DNA of 63,318 nucleotides, filler included, from Parasitella parasitica NRRL 2501 (lineage: Eukaryota; Fungi; Mucoromycota), in NCBI GenBank assembly GCA_025201805.1. It is 5 parts of 5 records of this genome, joined end to end, with 100 filler letters (N's around TTAATTAATTAA, not from the genome) between each part and the next. Parts side by side here need not be neighbours in the genome. Positions count along the whole stretch, not along the records: positions 1 to 27,508 come from MU619439.1; 4 more parts are not named here. The stretch is one strand, 5' to 3'. Both the position numbers and the translations under genes were made by a program. Below are positions 11,225 through 25,035 of this stretch, piece after piece. Positions within the stretch are counted from its first letter, which is position 1; each line of letters begins with the position of its first letter. Under the pieces are notes generated by a model that had not been told where the DNA came from, did not search any database, and was given only the letters and a program-made list of their open reading frames with translations.

Positions 11225-13088
11225 ATGTCTGAACAAAACCTGTTGAACTACAATTTGTTCAAATCGCATGACAATAATTTTCAATTTGATTACTCAATTC
11301 CACCCACCGCAACAACATCGACAAATCATCAAATGCTATCTAATCAGGAACGAAGGGTAAACTTGTTTGCGATCTCGCCTTGATGTGGCGCTAATATCTT
11401 TTTCAACTGTATAGGATCCTGTACATGACTATAATAATATTTATCCTATTTCATCGTCGTATTACTTACCGCCTATTACAACAAGCCTGCCGTTTTCTTC
11501 TGTTTTACATAATAAGGTTCTCGATCAATCTGAACAACAACAATGGAAAAACGATGTTTCACAAGTAATGTGGTTTGACCATTTTTGTACTTTACATATA
11601 CTAACAAATACAAAAGTCGGCTATAATTATCAATGAAAAACAGGTGACTATGCCATCGCCAGTGAGCAGCAACTTTGATCATCATTGCACAGGTTCTCGG
11701 TCAGATGACCAAACGCCTACGCATATCGTCTCACTCGAAGCCATTCGAGAAGCTTTAAAAGAAGAGAAAGAAGAAGCCTTAGGCCATAGTCAACGAAGGC
11801 CGTTTTCAAAATTTACATCATTCCAAGCCTTAAAGCAGCGTCGTTACTCAACAGATCAATCTCTTTCTCCTTCTTCTCCTCTCCCTCCCGTTATTACTGC
11901 TTACACCACTCCAAGTTTTACAATCCCATTCAGCCCGCCTCCCTCCATCAAAACAAACGCAAACCACGATGACTTTGATGACGGGTTTAGCCAAATAGAC
12001 CCTTACGAAACTGAAAATAATGTCATAGAAGAAGCAGAAGGATCAGAGGAGCCAGAAACACCGTGGACGTCTAATCCACCAACAATTACAATAGAGAAAT
12101 TGAAAAGACCACCGAATGCCTATTTATTATTTAACCGGGACATGCGTCGTAAATTGCTTGAACAATCGCCCAAAATGACAGTCGCTGAGATCAGTAAAGA
12201 AGTGGGGGATTGGTGGAAGACCTTGCCAGATGTAATGCTCTCATTTGTATTGTATCTTTATTCGCTACTAATTGTACCTGTGTTATATACATCCTGCAGG
12301 TTGAACGTGAATATTATGTCAAACAGGCATCGATACTGAAAGAAGAGCACCTGAAAAAGCATCCAGATTTCATATATACCCGAAGATCAAAAGCACAGTT
12401 AGCAGAAGCTAAAAGGGCCTCAAAGCTGGGGCGAAAACTAAAGTCAGAAACGCTACAAGACAACCAGCAGGAGACGGGTTTAATACTAGGAAACAGCAAT
12501 TCTACATCTGTTACTGCTGCAAATACTGCAGCGGCCACATTCGCAAATAATGACACAGCAGCAAGAAAAAGATCCAGAAAATCCAATGCGGCAGGAGGTC
12601 AACGAGATCCTCGAGGAAGAAAAAAGAAGAGACATAAGCATCCATTTGCACCCAAGCACCCCATGTCTGCCTACTTGTACTATTTGGCGTCCGTTTATCC
12701 TCAAGTATCATTGAATTTTCCAGGCTCTACAGTTGGACCTATCAGTAAATCTATCTCGAAAACTTGGCATGCCATGTCGCCAGAAGAACAGTTGCCGTGG
12801 AAACAAAAGGCAGAGTCTGACAAGGCACGCTATGCCCGGGAAATGCAAGTATATATGGCAACGAATAGTAGTCTGCCGCAAGGGCAAGAAGTAGAAGGAG
12901 AGGAAGCTAACATAAAAGCAAAAGCACACGTTTCTGACGAATCTGATGACGATAGTTTAGGGCAAGTAAATATTAATGTCCAAGCAGTAGCGACAGTAGT
13001 CGGTATGGTTAATGCAAACCCAAGTGATGGCCATAGTCTGATGTACCATCGTCAAAACCTACCACAACTTAATAAAAAACATGCATGA
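11225..13088 (+). CDS. Protein with two HMG boxes, 4 exons
   Basis: Box 1: KRPPNAYLLFNRDMRRKL...EISKEVGDWWKTL...HLKKHPDFIYTRR, split by an intron at about 12232-12299. Box 2: APKHPMSAYLYY...ISKTWHAMSPEEQLPWKQKAESDKARYAREM. The 5' exons are inferred from GT-AG introns at about 11357-11414 and 11565-11616. Confidence 0.85.
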
Positions 13089-13267
13089 CGATTGTCACAC
13101 GACAATCCAATATCGTTTCTGTACACCCCAAGATCTGTGCCAGGTTGCTATACAGAAATATAAATTCACACACACAGGTGTGCAAAACGCTTCTTGTTTC
13201 AATTTCTTCAAGCTGTTGTATCCAGCTCTATTATCCATTTTATTTCAACAGCCACCTGCTACTGCTA

Positions 13268-15864
13268 TGGAAAAACAACCACAGAGTCTATTTTTAAGTA
13301 TACCTTTAAAAAAGGCAGACAAAATAAAATGGACTCCTGTCTTGTTGGCCTATATCATTATGTGCTATGCTGAAGAAGGAAAAAAATATGAAGCAGATTG
13401 TGAGTTGCTAGATTCACTGAGAAATCTCGCTTTGAGTCAAACAACAAACGATCCTCTTGGATTAGAAGATCTATCAATGTAAATATCCCAAAAGGCTTAT
13501 GCTGATCATATAATCTGATTATCCTTTCCATTACTAGTTATTTCAATCAGCTCACATTTCTGGGATCTCGATTTCCTCTCAATGTAAAATAATGATTTAT
13601 TATATATGTATAAGAGTGTGTCCAAAAAGACTGATATTCCTTGTCCTTTTGTCAAGTTGAACTTTCATATTGGGTGGTTCCCTATCTTGCAACCAAATCA
13701 AAAGCCAGGTACGAAGAAAACGCGAAAAGAAGACATATCGCATAGCTAATTAAATGTATTAGAAATCATCAGCAATCTGAACTATGAGAAATGCTGTGTA
13801 TTGTATAGGATGGCAGGTATGTACAGTGAATTGGGCTCGTTACAGAATACCATGTCTACAGAAAGTACTCGAAAAGCATGTCAATATTTTCAGGTGAGCA
13901 AAAAATGTGGCCAACGGAAAGGGAAAGGCCCTGCACTTACAAATATACCCGTAGAATGCCGCAGGATGTTTGAGATATATACAGTCTGATATTTTGCCCG
14001 ATCTTCGAGCCAAAGCCCCGCAAGATTTCCAACTTATCGATCCTCTCGTGTCATTAATGATGGCTCAAGCACACGAATGTATTTGGCAAAAAGCTGTGAT
14101 GGAACACTTGAAGCACGGCACCGTCGCTCGTCTTGCTGTCAAGGTTGCTGATTTATACGATGCATTTCTTTCCGGTCTTCACGACGAAAAGATGATACCC
14201 GATTATTGGATTCGATACGCTAAGGCAAAATCCAACTATTTCCAGGCAGTTGCTCAATACCAAAAAGCCAACGAAGCTATTTCGAATGGTCGCTACGGCG
14301 AAGAAATTGCTCGTCTACGCTTAGCTAAAGCAAGTGTTACAGCTGCATTATCCCAAATCAGAGCATTACAACCGTCCTTTGCAAATCAACTGGCAACATT
14401 GGACCAGTTGATAGGTTGCGATCTGATCCGCGCCGAAAAAGATAACGATGTGGTTTACATGGAAACTGTGCCTGAAGCCTCGCAGCTGGCGCCTATATTG
14501 CGATCAGATATGGTAACGCCCAACGTCCCTAATTTTATCAGCCATCCCAACTACTGGCTTGTATTACCTGACAGGCCTAACGATAAATTGTTCATAAAAA
14601 GGCCATTGTTTGACAATCTGGTCCCATTTGCTGTCCATCAAGCAAAAAGCGTGTTTTCAGACAAGAAAGATTACATTATCAAGGTCGATATTGTAGGGAA
14701 AAACCAAGAGCTGAACGCAGACAAGAAAAAGTATATATACCAGCAAAAAAAGAAAAAAAAAAAAGGAAATACAAAGCGAAATGACTCATAGTACTTTAGA
14801 TGCTTGGATGAGATGAAACTGCCTTACGCTTTGGATATTGTGGACGCTTTACCTGCCAAACTGGTTGAATATGCAGAGGAGGTACAAGATGAAGGCGGAA
14901 TACAATCATTGAATGACATGCTTTTCAAAATTCAAAGCATGTCAGACAAAACACTCAAGCTAATAGACGAAGGTTTCAATGCTCTTGAAGAAGAGAACGA
15001 GCAGGACGCAACACTAAGTCGGCAGTATGGCAAATTATGGAGTCGCCCTCCTTCTAGAACATTAACTCACGACCTATTGACACTCGGAACACAATACAAT
15101 GATACTGTTCAAGCTGCCCAAAAGGCAGATCGAATTGTTCAAGCCAAAGTGAATAATTGGGGAAAAGCTATAGCTATGTTATCTCGGCCTGCATCAGAGG
15201 TAAAAGCACATTTGCCCAACCTTCCACAAGACGACGAATATTACACAGAGATTCATGAATTGTTGGAAAACATACGATCCAAATTGGGTTTATTAGAAAC
15301 AGCATCTGATGAACGTAATAAACTTGAAACAGAAGCCAAAACTCTCGCCGAGAATGACGATATTTCGGAAGCGCTTTTATCTAAGGCTAATGAGCTCACA
15401 AAGGGGTCGCCTGTCGTTAAACTGGAGCCAGAACAATTTGCGGCTGAATATGACCAGCGTTTACAAGTTTACAAACGCATCCAAGAGAAAATCCTAAGCC
15501 ATGTCGACACACAAAACGAGTTGTTACAATCAATCACAGACGTATTTGGACAGCTGACACTGCTTACTGTCAATAAAAGTGCATTAATCAAGAGAGAAAA
15601 GGCGATATCCAATCTCGAATCTGCATTTGCAAAATTTAAAGAAATCAGAACAAACCTGGTAGAAGGCATCAAAGTAGGCTAAAACTATAGAGACGCACTG
15701 CTATGAGCTATTAATATTCCTTGTGTTAGTTTTATTCTCATTATACGGATATCATGTGCCAATTCAGAGATGATTGCCAAGAATTCACTATTGCTAGAAA
15801 ACTGGAAGCAACGGAACTGGCTCGAGATGTGAATCCAACCCGTCTGTTAACTTTAAAGAAATAA
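13268..15864 (+). CDS. RIM20: BRO1/ALIX-domain pH-response regulator PalA/Rim20-like, multi-exon
   Basis: FLSIPLKK, NLNYEKCCVLY, LMMAQAHECIWQKAV, YGEEIARLRLA, RAEKDNDVVY, LFDNLVPFAVH, and a V-domain ending NLVEGIKFY. Confidence 0.85.
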
Positions 15865-16092
15865 ACCTTTAGTTGCCAGTACTGTAGAATGTATCCATTA
15901 TCCATCCCAAACAAACATAAAGTGGTTGGAAATACCCTTTGGTGATAAAGAGGCCTTTATTGGCAGGCAGCGTCATTTTAATACCTTTGATTGGATCATG
16001 ATGCTTGCCGTAAAAGTATATAAAAAAGTCGTTGGTTCACGACAATAGATAAAAGTGCTTTACTTTTTTTCCCCTTCTATTTTTTTGTAAAA

Positions 16093-17552
16093 ATGAAGAC
16101 CTTTTCTCTATCCTTGCTTTCCGTTTCTGCCCTTTCCGCATTCGTCAGTGCTGGCCCTTTGGCAGCTATGGACCAGCTCAGAATGTTCAGTTCTCAAGAG
16201 CCCGAACTTCGTCTTATTCAATACAGGTAGGATTCATGCGTTCAAATCTACTAATATTCCTAATCATTTACTGCGAAATTAGTGAAGATACCCCTCCCAA
16301 GTGGATGACTGAGGCCGATAAAGAGGCGTTGTTTAGAGCCGGCGTAAAATATATGGATATCACTGATTACCCCAATCCTCCTGTTTCTCTCAGCTCTGAA
16401 TGGCAACCATGTAAGCGTAAAATAAACAGGTCAAACAAAAAACAAAAAAAAACTCACACGCACGCCATCTTCCGGTATCTTCAGTTATTCCTGCAAATGC
16501 CAAATATCAAGATGAAGTTGCCCCTTTCATTGGCAACTTGACTACCGATACCATGAAGGAGGTATTAACTGAGTTTACAAGCTTCCGTAACCGTTATTAC
16601 AAGTCTTCCTATGGCGCCAAGTCTTGCCGTTGGTTAATTCAACAAATCAGAGATGTCGCTGACGGTTTTGATCATGTGTCTGTGGAGGAATTCGAACACT
16701 CTGTAAGTGAGGGGATGTTATTTGTTACACACAAGCGTTTTTCGAACTAACTGTGTCTGTTAAAAAAACAGTGGGATCAATTCTCCATCATTGCTCGCTT
16801 TGAAGGCTCCAACACGGAACTTAAGAATGAGCTCGTTATTGTGGGTGCTCATCAAGACTCAGTTAATATGTGGCTACCCAGTTTTGGTCGTTCTCCTGGT
16901 GCTGATGTAAAGTAGAAACTTACTGGAGAAGGGGAAGGGGGAGGAGGACAAAGGATATTAATAATTTGCTTTGCCATTAGGATGATGGCAGTGGCACTGT
17001 CACTATCTTTGAGGCATTCCGTAGTTTGGTTCATAATGGCTTCAGACCTGAAAGACCTGTTGAATTCCATTGGTATAGTGGCGAGGAAGCTGGTTTATTA
17101 GGCAGCCAAGCTGTTTCAAATGCATACAAGGAGGATGGTAGACAGGTCCTTGCCATGTTGCAGAATGACATGACCGGTTACGTTGGCGTTAATGGCGAAG
17201 TCATTGGTATTGTAACTGACCATGTTGACGAGAAATTGACTGACTTCCTCAAGAATTTGGTTGATAACTATGCCGACATTCCTTATGTTCTCACCAAGTG
17301 TGGTTATGCTTGCAGTGGTAAGTGAAGCTTCTACTGTAGTGAAAATGTTGCTCATTGCATTATTCAGATCATGCTTCATGGCGTAAGGTTGGCTTCCCAT
17401 CTGCCTTTACAATAGAAAGTGCTTTTGATGACTCCAACCACTTTATTCATACTACCGGCGATACCATTGACAAGCTCTCGTTTGATCATATGAAAGAGTT
17501 CTCCAAGGTCGCTGTAGGATTTGCCGTCGAGTTGTCTCACAAACACGATTAA
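16093..17552 (+). CDS. Secreted leucine aminopeptidase, peptidase family M28, multi-exon
   Basis: Signal peptide [20 protein letters not shown]; zinc-ligand motifs [48 protein letters not shown] and IHT. Confidence 0.92.
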
Positions 17553-17720
17553 GATGTCTTTTTATTTAGTTGTTGTATTATGAGTGAATAAATAATACAT
17601 TGTTGTCAATTTGCATGGCGATATTTCTTTTCGTTGAGGAGGCAAGGTTCAGGTCGCACTCGTGCGAGTCGAATTAAAACAACTGCTTTTTCTATATTTG
17701 TTTTTCGCCATTTTTTGTTC

Positions 17721-18469
17721 ATGTCAGAGACAAACTCATCTTCTCCTCCTCTCGCTCCTTTCGAAGAAATAAAGCTTTCCAAGCTTCTTTCTTACATATT
17801 AAGGCATGGTGCTGTTAAGCAAAAGCTGGACATATCGCCTGATGGCTATGTTAGTGTTGATGATATAGTAAGTCGGTAGGCACCAGCTCACATATGGACG
17901 AATGTACTCACTTTTTTTTTTCAACTATTAGTTGGCGCAGCCCAAGTTCAAAGGCGTTACATTCGAACAGATAAGATACGTTGTTGACCATAATGACAAA
18001 AAGCGCTATGAATTATCGCAAACAACAACCGGCGAATGGCTTGTTCGAGCAACTCAAGGGCACTCGCTAAAGTCGATCCTACCTGATGACCTGCTGGAGA
18101 CGATAACAGGTTCCATAGATACACCCGTTATCCACGGAACCACATTAGAGGCATGGAAGCAGATCCAACATCAAGGTCTCTCCAAAATGAATCGCAACCA
18201 TATTCATTTTGCGGTTGGTTTTCCAGACGACCCCAACGTGAAAAGTGGAATTCGAGCGACTAGCCAAGTTTTTATATTCGTGGATGTCGAAAGAGCAAAG
18301 CAAGGTACCGACATATTCAACTCGTCATTTCTTCTAGTAACTAAACACTTGCATAGATGGCATTGTATTTTATAAATCAAAGAATAATGTCATATTATCA
18401 GATGGCATTGACGGAATCATTGCTCCGCTATACTTTAAGCAGGTTGTTATAAAAGAAACGCAGAGTTGA
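17721..18469 (+). CDS. TPT1: tRNA 2'-phosphotransferase (Tpt1/KptA), 3 exons
   Basis: LSKLLSYILRHGA, NDKKRY, VRATQGHS, HGT, GLSKMNRNHIHFA, SGIR and FYKSKNNVILSDG. Confidence 0.93.
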
Positions 18470-18668
18470 GTCGCGGTAGCGTTTTCCCCCATACAAAAAG
18501 AAATGGCATTAATAGGATTGGTGTTTATAAAATAAAGTCGAAAGGGAATATATATATTCTTGCAAGCTAGAAAAAAAGAAATAAAAAAAAAAAAAAAAAC
18601 ACAGAGAGAGGCAGACAGATAATATACAAGACATGTTTAAAATGATAATAAACATGAAGACAAAATTA

Positions 18669-19886
18669 TTATTGACGATGGGTTCGATAAGACTCAATAG
18701 CTGTTAAAGGATCTTCCAATGTTGGGCCATTGTAAGCTGTTGTTGGCTTTGGTTGTTGCGGGTGAAGTGGCAGGGGCTGGACTTGTGCTTGTGGCAGCTG
18801 TGGCTGAGGGTACAGGTTATCATGATGCATGTAATGTCCACTGGGTGTCAAAGGTAACTGCTGTTGATGCTGTTGTTGAGCCGGCACATTCTATATATAG
18901 TGTAGCGAGTCAATACCCTCATATTGTTTAGTATCATGCCAATTATTACCTTGTAAGATGTAGATCTTGGTACCATTGGCCTATTGTAAACATCGGTTAT
19001 TCCTGTTGACGAAGTATGACTAGTATTAAAAGGATTATAGTCAGCAGGTGATGTTGATATCGCAGTTACAGGCGTATTTATTGAAGCGACAGGATCGACG
19101 TAGTAGCTCGTTGTTGTAGGATAGATGTTACTATTGTTTGAATACGCTATGTTTGTGGGTGTGGCTGATGGTGTTGCGTAGTAGTATGAGCTATTTTTGG
19201 CATTCAAATCTAACCCGCCTGCTTGTGTCAATGACGAAGTACGATGACTTGCACGTATACCTGTATTATTACTATTAGGTGCAACAGATGCTGCTGCTGG
19301 TGCTTGGTGGTGGTGGATGGGCGTAACGTTGCTGCTGTTTGCAGCAGAAGCAGAAACAGAGGGGTAAGATCTTGTGAATGGCTGCTGATTCGATAATGGC
19401 GTACTGAAGGGAGACAGACTTTGTGGCTCGTGTGGTTGTTGAGGGTAAAGAGAACAAGTAGCTGAATTTGATGAGACAGAAGAGGGTGGGGGGATTCCAT
19501 TGGATGGAACAATACGCGGCTGTGGAGTCTGCGATTGCTTTTGGTAGGGTGTATATCCTGTATCTGCAGCTCTTCTGCTAGCTGTATAACGTTGTTGAGC
19601 CTGTGAAGAAGAGGTCGTTGTGGAGGGCACTACATTGTTAGAGCGACTGTCATATACATTAACATTTGGGTTTGGGGGAGCCGATGGGGTAGTTCGGATG
19701 TTGTGATAAACAGGTTGCGCTGGAATTCTCAGTGGTACTCGTGCCAAGGGTCCATTAAATGTTGGCTGGACAGGATACTGTTGCTGAGCCTTTGAAAACA
19801 AGTAAAAGTTATGCGTAGCTGCAGCAGCAACTGCAGCCACATGCTGTTGTTGGTGTTGGTGTTGATGATGATGATGTTGGTGTTGG

Positions 19887-19921
<35 letters not shown>

Positions 19922-20891
19922 CTGCTGTGGTACCTGCACTTGGTGATGCTGTGGTACTTGGTGGTGTTTCTGCTGTTGAACCCATTGTTGCTGCGTGTTA
20001 CCTACAGATAATGCCATGGTTTCCATTAGCTTTTGTTGTTGAATCTCAACCGGCACGCTCATCAATTGGCTTCTGAATCCAAACAGAGCAGTTCTCCACC
20101 GTTCATATTCTTCCTTTTGAACAGATAGTTTAAATCGTAGTACGTCCAGAAACTCTAGCTCCATGATGTTCAGATCGATTACTTTCATTCCTGACACTTC
20201 AGACCACGTTTTATTGGTAAACGTGTTATCGTCAAGAAACTTGTTAGCTAGAAAGTGGTTGGGAAATAGTTAATTACACAGTAACGCTAGCAAGTCCATA
20301 TGTTATGTACCCAACATTAGAGCAACAGTAAACAATCGATATTCTGATCCATCGGCACCTTGAATATTGGGGTTATTTTGCAACAGCATCGCAATGTATT
20401 TCAGGGACAAAAATACAACAGATTCTGATAGTTGCGTTGCACTGAGGATCTATTATGATGGACAGCAATTGAGTATTCACTCCATCATCTTTGCAAAGCT
20501 TCGAGCCAATTACCTGACGACAGAACTTTTTAAATGCTGCACTCGTCATATTCGCCATATCTGCTGTAACTCTAGTCTGCTCCAAAGAGCTGCTCTTTTG
20601 AAATGTGGTGTCAGACTTGGAGCTTGAATGCAAATCCATGACTGATTGTCTTCTAGCATGCCACATTAAATAGACCATTGTTGACGAAAACTCTGCTATT
20701 TCAGAAATTGATAACGTAATGCTCGGTTTTGCATCTGTTGCGCTTGGTAACGGTTCTTTTCTATGCTGTGGCTGCTGCTGCTGCATTGTTGGAGGGTGCA
20801 CAGAAGGCTGAAGTCTGTGTTGAAATGGTTGCGGCTGTTGGGATTGTGGAAATACCACATTATCTACAACAGGGTAATTTTGTGAATACAT
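18669..20891 (-). CDS. PCL/Pho80-family (Clg1-like) cyclin with a long polyQ/H low-complexity tail, multi-exon
   Basis: FKKFCRQ(I)LSATQLSESVVFLSLKYI...GADGSEYRLFTVALM(L)ANKFLDDNTFTNKTWSEVSGMKVIDLNIMELEFL. Confidence 0.85.
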
Positions 20892-20943
20892 TTCTTTGTG
20901 CCTCTTCTTACAATCAATATGATCTTCAAATGATCATAAAACA

Positions 20944-21070
20944 AGAGAGAGAAAGAGAGAGATAGTGATAGAGAGAGATAGAGAGAGAATGGGATAGAGA
21001 GAATGGGATAGAGAAAGGAGGAGGAAGAGGTAGAGAAAGGGGAAGAAGAAGAGAAAGAGAAAGTCAGAGA
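20944..21070. repeat. GA-rich polypurine/microsatellite tract in the divergent cyclin/ERB1 intergenic region
   Basis: (GA)n runs plus a duplicated GAGAATGGGATAGA. Confidence 0.8.
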
Positions 21071-21299
21071 TACACAATCAGATTTGGAAACGCACACTGA
21101 GTTTCTAAATAGGTCATCTTTCCCAACTGATGGGCATTTGCCCTCTATCTACAACGCAGCTGGTTCTCTTCAGTCACGTATCTGTTGTTGATGTGGTACG
21201 ATTCGTGACCCTGTTTCCTTTTTTTCGATAGGAAGCCACTACTTCTAGCAAAAGAAACATCCTTTGAAACGTTTTTTTCTTTCCAGTTCACACAACATA

Positions 21300-23824
21300 A
21301 TGGCACCAAAGAAGAAAACTTCAGCTGCACAAAGAAAAGGACCCAAAGTTGTTATTAAAGAGCAACCCAAGCCGGTTGCAACATCACTCAAACGTAAAGC
21401 TGTTGAAGAGGATCAAGACGAAAGCGACGGTGATGATTTTGGAAATGTCGACATTGACATGGGGTCTTCCGACGAAGAAAACGACGATGCTGTTGACAGT
21501 GATGAGAATGATACCGAAGCATTTCCCGAAATTAGTCTTAGCGATGAAGACGAGGATGATGAGGATTTCCATGCTGACAGCGAGGAGCTGGATCAAGATG
21601 AGGAATCGGATGACGAAGAAGATGAATACATGGCCGGTGACAGCTTGGATGAAGCTGATCTGGATGAGGAACTTGAACGTGAACTTGAACGGGAAGAAGA
21701 AGATAAAGATGGTTTCAAATTGTACGTCTGATCTACATTATTGCCATGCATGTATTAATGCTTTGAATATATAGGCCTACTCCTTATCGTCAACACTATG
21801 CCAAGGAGCCTTTGCCAGAGATCGAAGGCAATTACGAAAGCGATAGTTCGACCGAAGAAACAGAAAACACAATTGGTAATGTACCTCTTGAATGGTATAA
21901 TGAATTGCCTCACATTGGTTACGACATTGATGGTAAAAAGATCCTGAAGCCTGCGACTGGTGATGAGCTTGATAAATTTTTGGCTACTATGGAAGATCCT
22001 GATTCATGGAAGACTGTCAAGAGTGACAAAGAGGGTAGAGATATTGTATTGGACGATAGAGAGCTAGACATTATTCAGCGACTCCAAAGAGGTATCATCC
22101 CTGACTCGACATACGATCCTTACGAATCCACCGTTGAATGGTTCACTTCAAAGACTGAGATTATGCCTCTCTCTGCTCGACCTGAGCCCAAGAGTAGATT
22201 TGTTCCCTCCAAGTGGGAGCACAAGAAGATTATGAAAATTGTTCGTGCTATTCGTCAAGGTCGTATTGTTCCACGTAAGCCCAAGGATGAAAAGCCCAGA
22301 TTCTATAACCTTTGGGGCGACGACGACAAACCTCGTGAAGATCATGTTATGCACATTGCAGCTCCCAAGATGAAACTACCTGAACATGATGAAAGCTACA
22401 ACCCACCTGCTGAGTACCTTCCTGATGAACAAGAGGTGAAGGAGTGGAATGAGATGGATGAGGAGGATAGACCCAAGAATTATCTGCCTAAAAAGTTCAG
22501 TAGCTTGCGCCATGTCCCTGCTTACGATCAGTTTACTCAAGAGAGATTTCAGCGCTGTCTTGATCTTTACCTGGCTCCTCGTGTCCGCAAGAACAGACTG
22601 AATATTGATCCTGAATCACTTGTCCCCAAGTTACCTAGTCCTAAGGATCTTCGTCCCTTCCCTACACACCAATCTATCTCTTACGAGGGTCATACTGCTC
22701 GTATTCGTGCCCTCTCTGTCCATCCAAATGGTCTCTATGCCCTTTCAGGTTCCGACGATAACACTTGTCGTCTCTGGGAAGTGTTGACAGGCCGTTGCCT
22801 CACTATGTGGAAGTTCGATGGTGTCATTCATGCACTTGGTTGGTGTCCTAACCCTGATGTCTGGCTCTTTGCTATTTCTGTAGGCCACGGTGAAGTTCAT
22901 TTGATTTCTCCCCCTAAACTCTGTTCAGCTGAGCAGGCCATGAATACAGACCAATTCTCGAAATCCGGCTTCGCCATGACCACTGAAAACGATAAACAAG
23001 CTGTTACTTGGATCAGAGCAAGTGAAGCCGATGAAGAAAAGTACGGCTACAAAACGCGTATTCAACATACACAAGTTGTCAAGCAAATCACATGGCATCG
23101 TAAGGGTGATTACCTTGCTACTGTTTCTCCTGACGCTAAGAACCTGGCAGTGCTCATTCATCAAATTACAAAGCATCAAACCCAAACCCCTTTCAAACGA
23201 CTCAAAGGTCTTGTGCAAAAGGTTGCGTTCCATCCCGTCAAGCCTATCTTTTTTGTCGCTGTAAGTAAATCTTTTATAAATTATGCGTGTGGCCACTGAT
23301 TCCAATATCTTGCTAGACTCAAATTTATGTTCGTGTGTATGATTTAATGCAACAGCAATTAATCAAGACATTACAAACCAGTGTGAAATGGGTTTCCAGT
23401 ATTGATATTCATCCTGGTGGTGATAATGTAATTATTGGTTCATATGATAAGAAGGTCTGTTGGTTTGATTTGGATCTTAGCTCAAGGCCATATAAATCTC
23501 TCCGGTAAGTTTGGAAGGACTTTGAGCTTTTTATTTTCATCCTTCCTGACGTTGTTTAATAGATATCACGACAAGGCTGTTCGTCAAGTCACTTTTCATA
23601 AGCGATACCCTCTTTTTGCATCCTCTTCTGATGATGGCACTATCCAAATCTTTTATGGTATGGTCTACAACGACTTGTTGCAAAACCCTTTGATTGTGCC
23701 CGTCAAGATTTTACGGGGTCACGAAGCCAAAGATGGTCTTGGTGTATTAAATATTGAATTTCACCCTACACAACCTTGGATTTTCTCCACAGGCTCTGAT
23801 GGTACTCTTAGACTTTGGACTTAG
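21300..23824 (+). CDS. ERB1: Ribosome biogenesis protein ERB1/BOP1, 4 exons
   Basis: Acidic N-terminus, [65 protein letters not shown]40 repeats and a terminal DGTLRLWT. Confidence 0.96.
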
Positions 23825-23914
23825 ATTTTTCTTTTTTATATCATTTATCAAAACACACCAACACATTCTAAAAAACTACATTTTTGCAGAAAAAAACAAT
23901 CTAAAAAAAAAAAA

Positions 23915-23959
<45 letters not shown>

Positions 23960-24054
23960 AAATACAATGTTTTGAAACGTTCTTTGTTCACAACAAATTT
24001 TAAGTTGCATAATCGCTGAAAGGTTAGGATAAAAAGCCGAATATACCCCATTCG

Positions 24055-25035
24055 GCGCAACATAAAAAACAGGTATGATTATCACTAGTTGAGCATAACT
24101 GGATTTCCACTAGGCTATGTGTCTATCAAAACTTATCTGCACAAACTTTTATTTTTGTTTTATCCAAATTTATGTTACTTCAAAAATCTGATAAAATAAA
24201 TCTTCCAATGTATTATACACACATCCTATACATGATGTAAATCTTGGTAGCCCATGATTTACCCTAACATCCTAGGGCTAATCTAAAGTTTTGATAGGAA
24301 GACTTTGTTTAGAATAACAAAATATAGCCAGAAAAATACAATTAGAACTGAATATATTTATTTTGCTATTTCAAGATTGAATCTTCCTTTAAACTAGTGT
24401 ACACTTTGAAGGTATTTATAGTTATTTGACAGTGCCGCAGCAATAAGACCATGATCTAGGATGAGGGATAGACGGGTACGCCTTGAACCAATCTCTAGGA
24501 GCTAGATGGATCAGAGTTTCCAAGTTACCAGTAAGACCAGAGCGCAGATACGTATGAAGGATAGAATGTTCTTCATAGTAGTTTTGATGGAAGAACATTA
24601 TCAGGATTTAACACCGATTTCAGGAACCACATCTCATAGGATATCATTACTTTGTACTGGGATAAAGATCAGCCATTCAATGGCACCACTTATATCTCTT
24701 TGCCATTTCTAAATAAAGTCATTCCATTCTACTATACATTTCTACTCATGCCCGCTTTATGATAGATTATACAGAGTATCATCTATTACCGCTAAGATTT
24801 GATCTGTATCCTAAAAAAAACTTGCCTGATAGCGTCAAGTCAACGCTAAGTTTTCCAAATTAGATCATGGTTCTACGATTATTTTAACAAAAGTTATGCG
24901 CACATATCTGATATTTATGATAAATATTGAAAAGTAAAACTGTTTTTGCACATAACTTTTGATAGAGACATCGCCCAGTGGAAAGCAAGATATGCTCATG
25001 TAGCGATGATCATGCCTAACTGGATGACGCATAAT
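24055..25035. repeat. Two inverted, diverged copies (about 24055-24160 and 24825-25035) of a non-coding repeat family also present at 55085-55502
   Basis: The core GAGCATAACT..TTTCCACT.GGC.ATGT.TCTATCAAAA.TTATCTGCA.AAAC is on + at about 24090-24145 and on - at about 24940-24998. Confidence 0.7.

Noticed and set aside
11225-18469. Mucorales sex locus (HMG gene near a 'TPT' gene)
   Set aside because: The sex locus has a single-HMG sexM/sexP gene typically flanked by a triose-phosphate transporter (tptA) and an RNA helicase (rnhA). Here the protein has two boxes and introns, the flanks are PPIL4 and PalA, and TPT1 is a tRNA phosphotransferase (name coincidence only).
3945-23824. Functional cluster of RNA-processing/quality-control genes (CUE3, PPIL4, TPT1, ERB1)
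   Set aside because: They are interspersed with unrelated genes and I saw no shared regulatory motif; this is compatible with chance.
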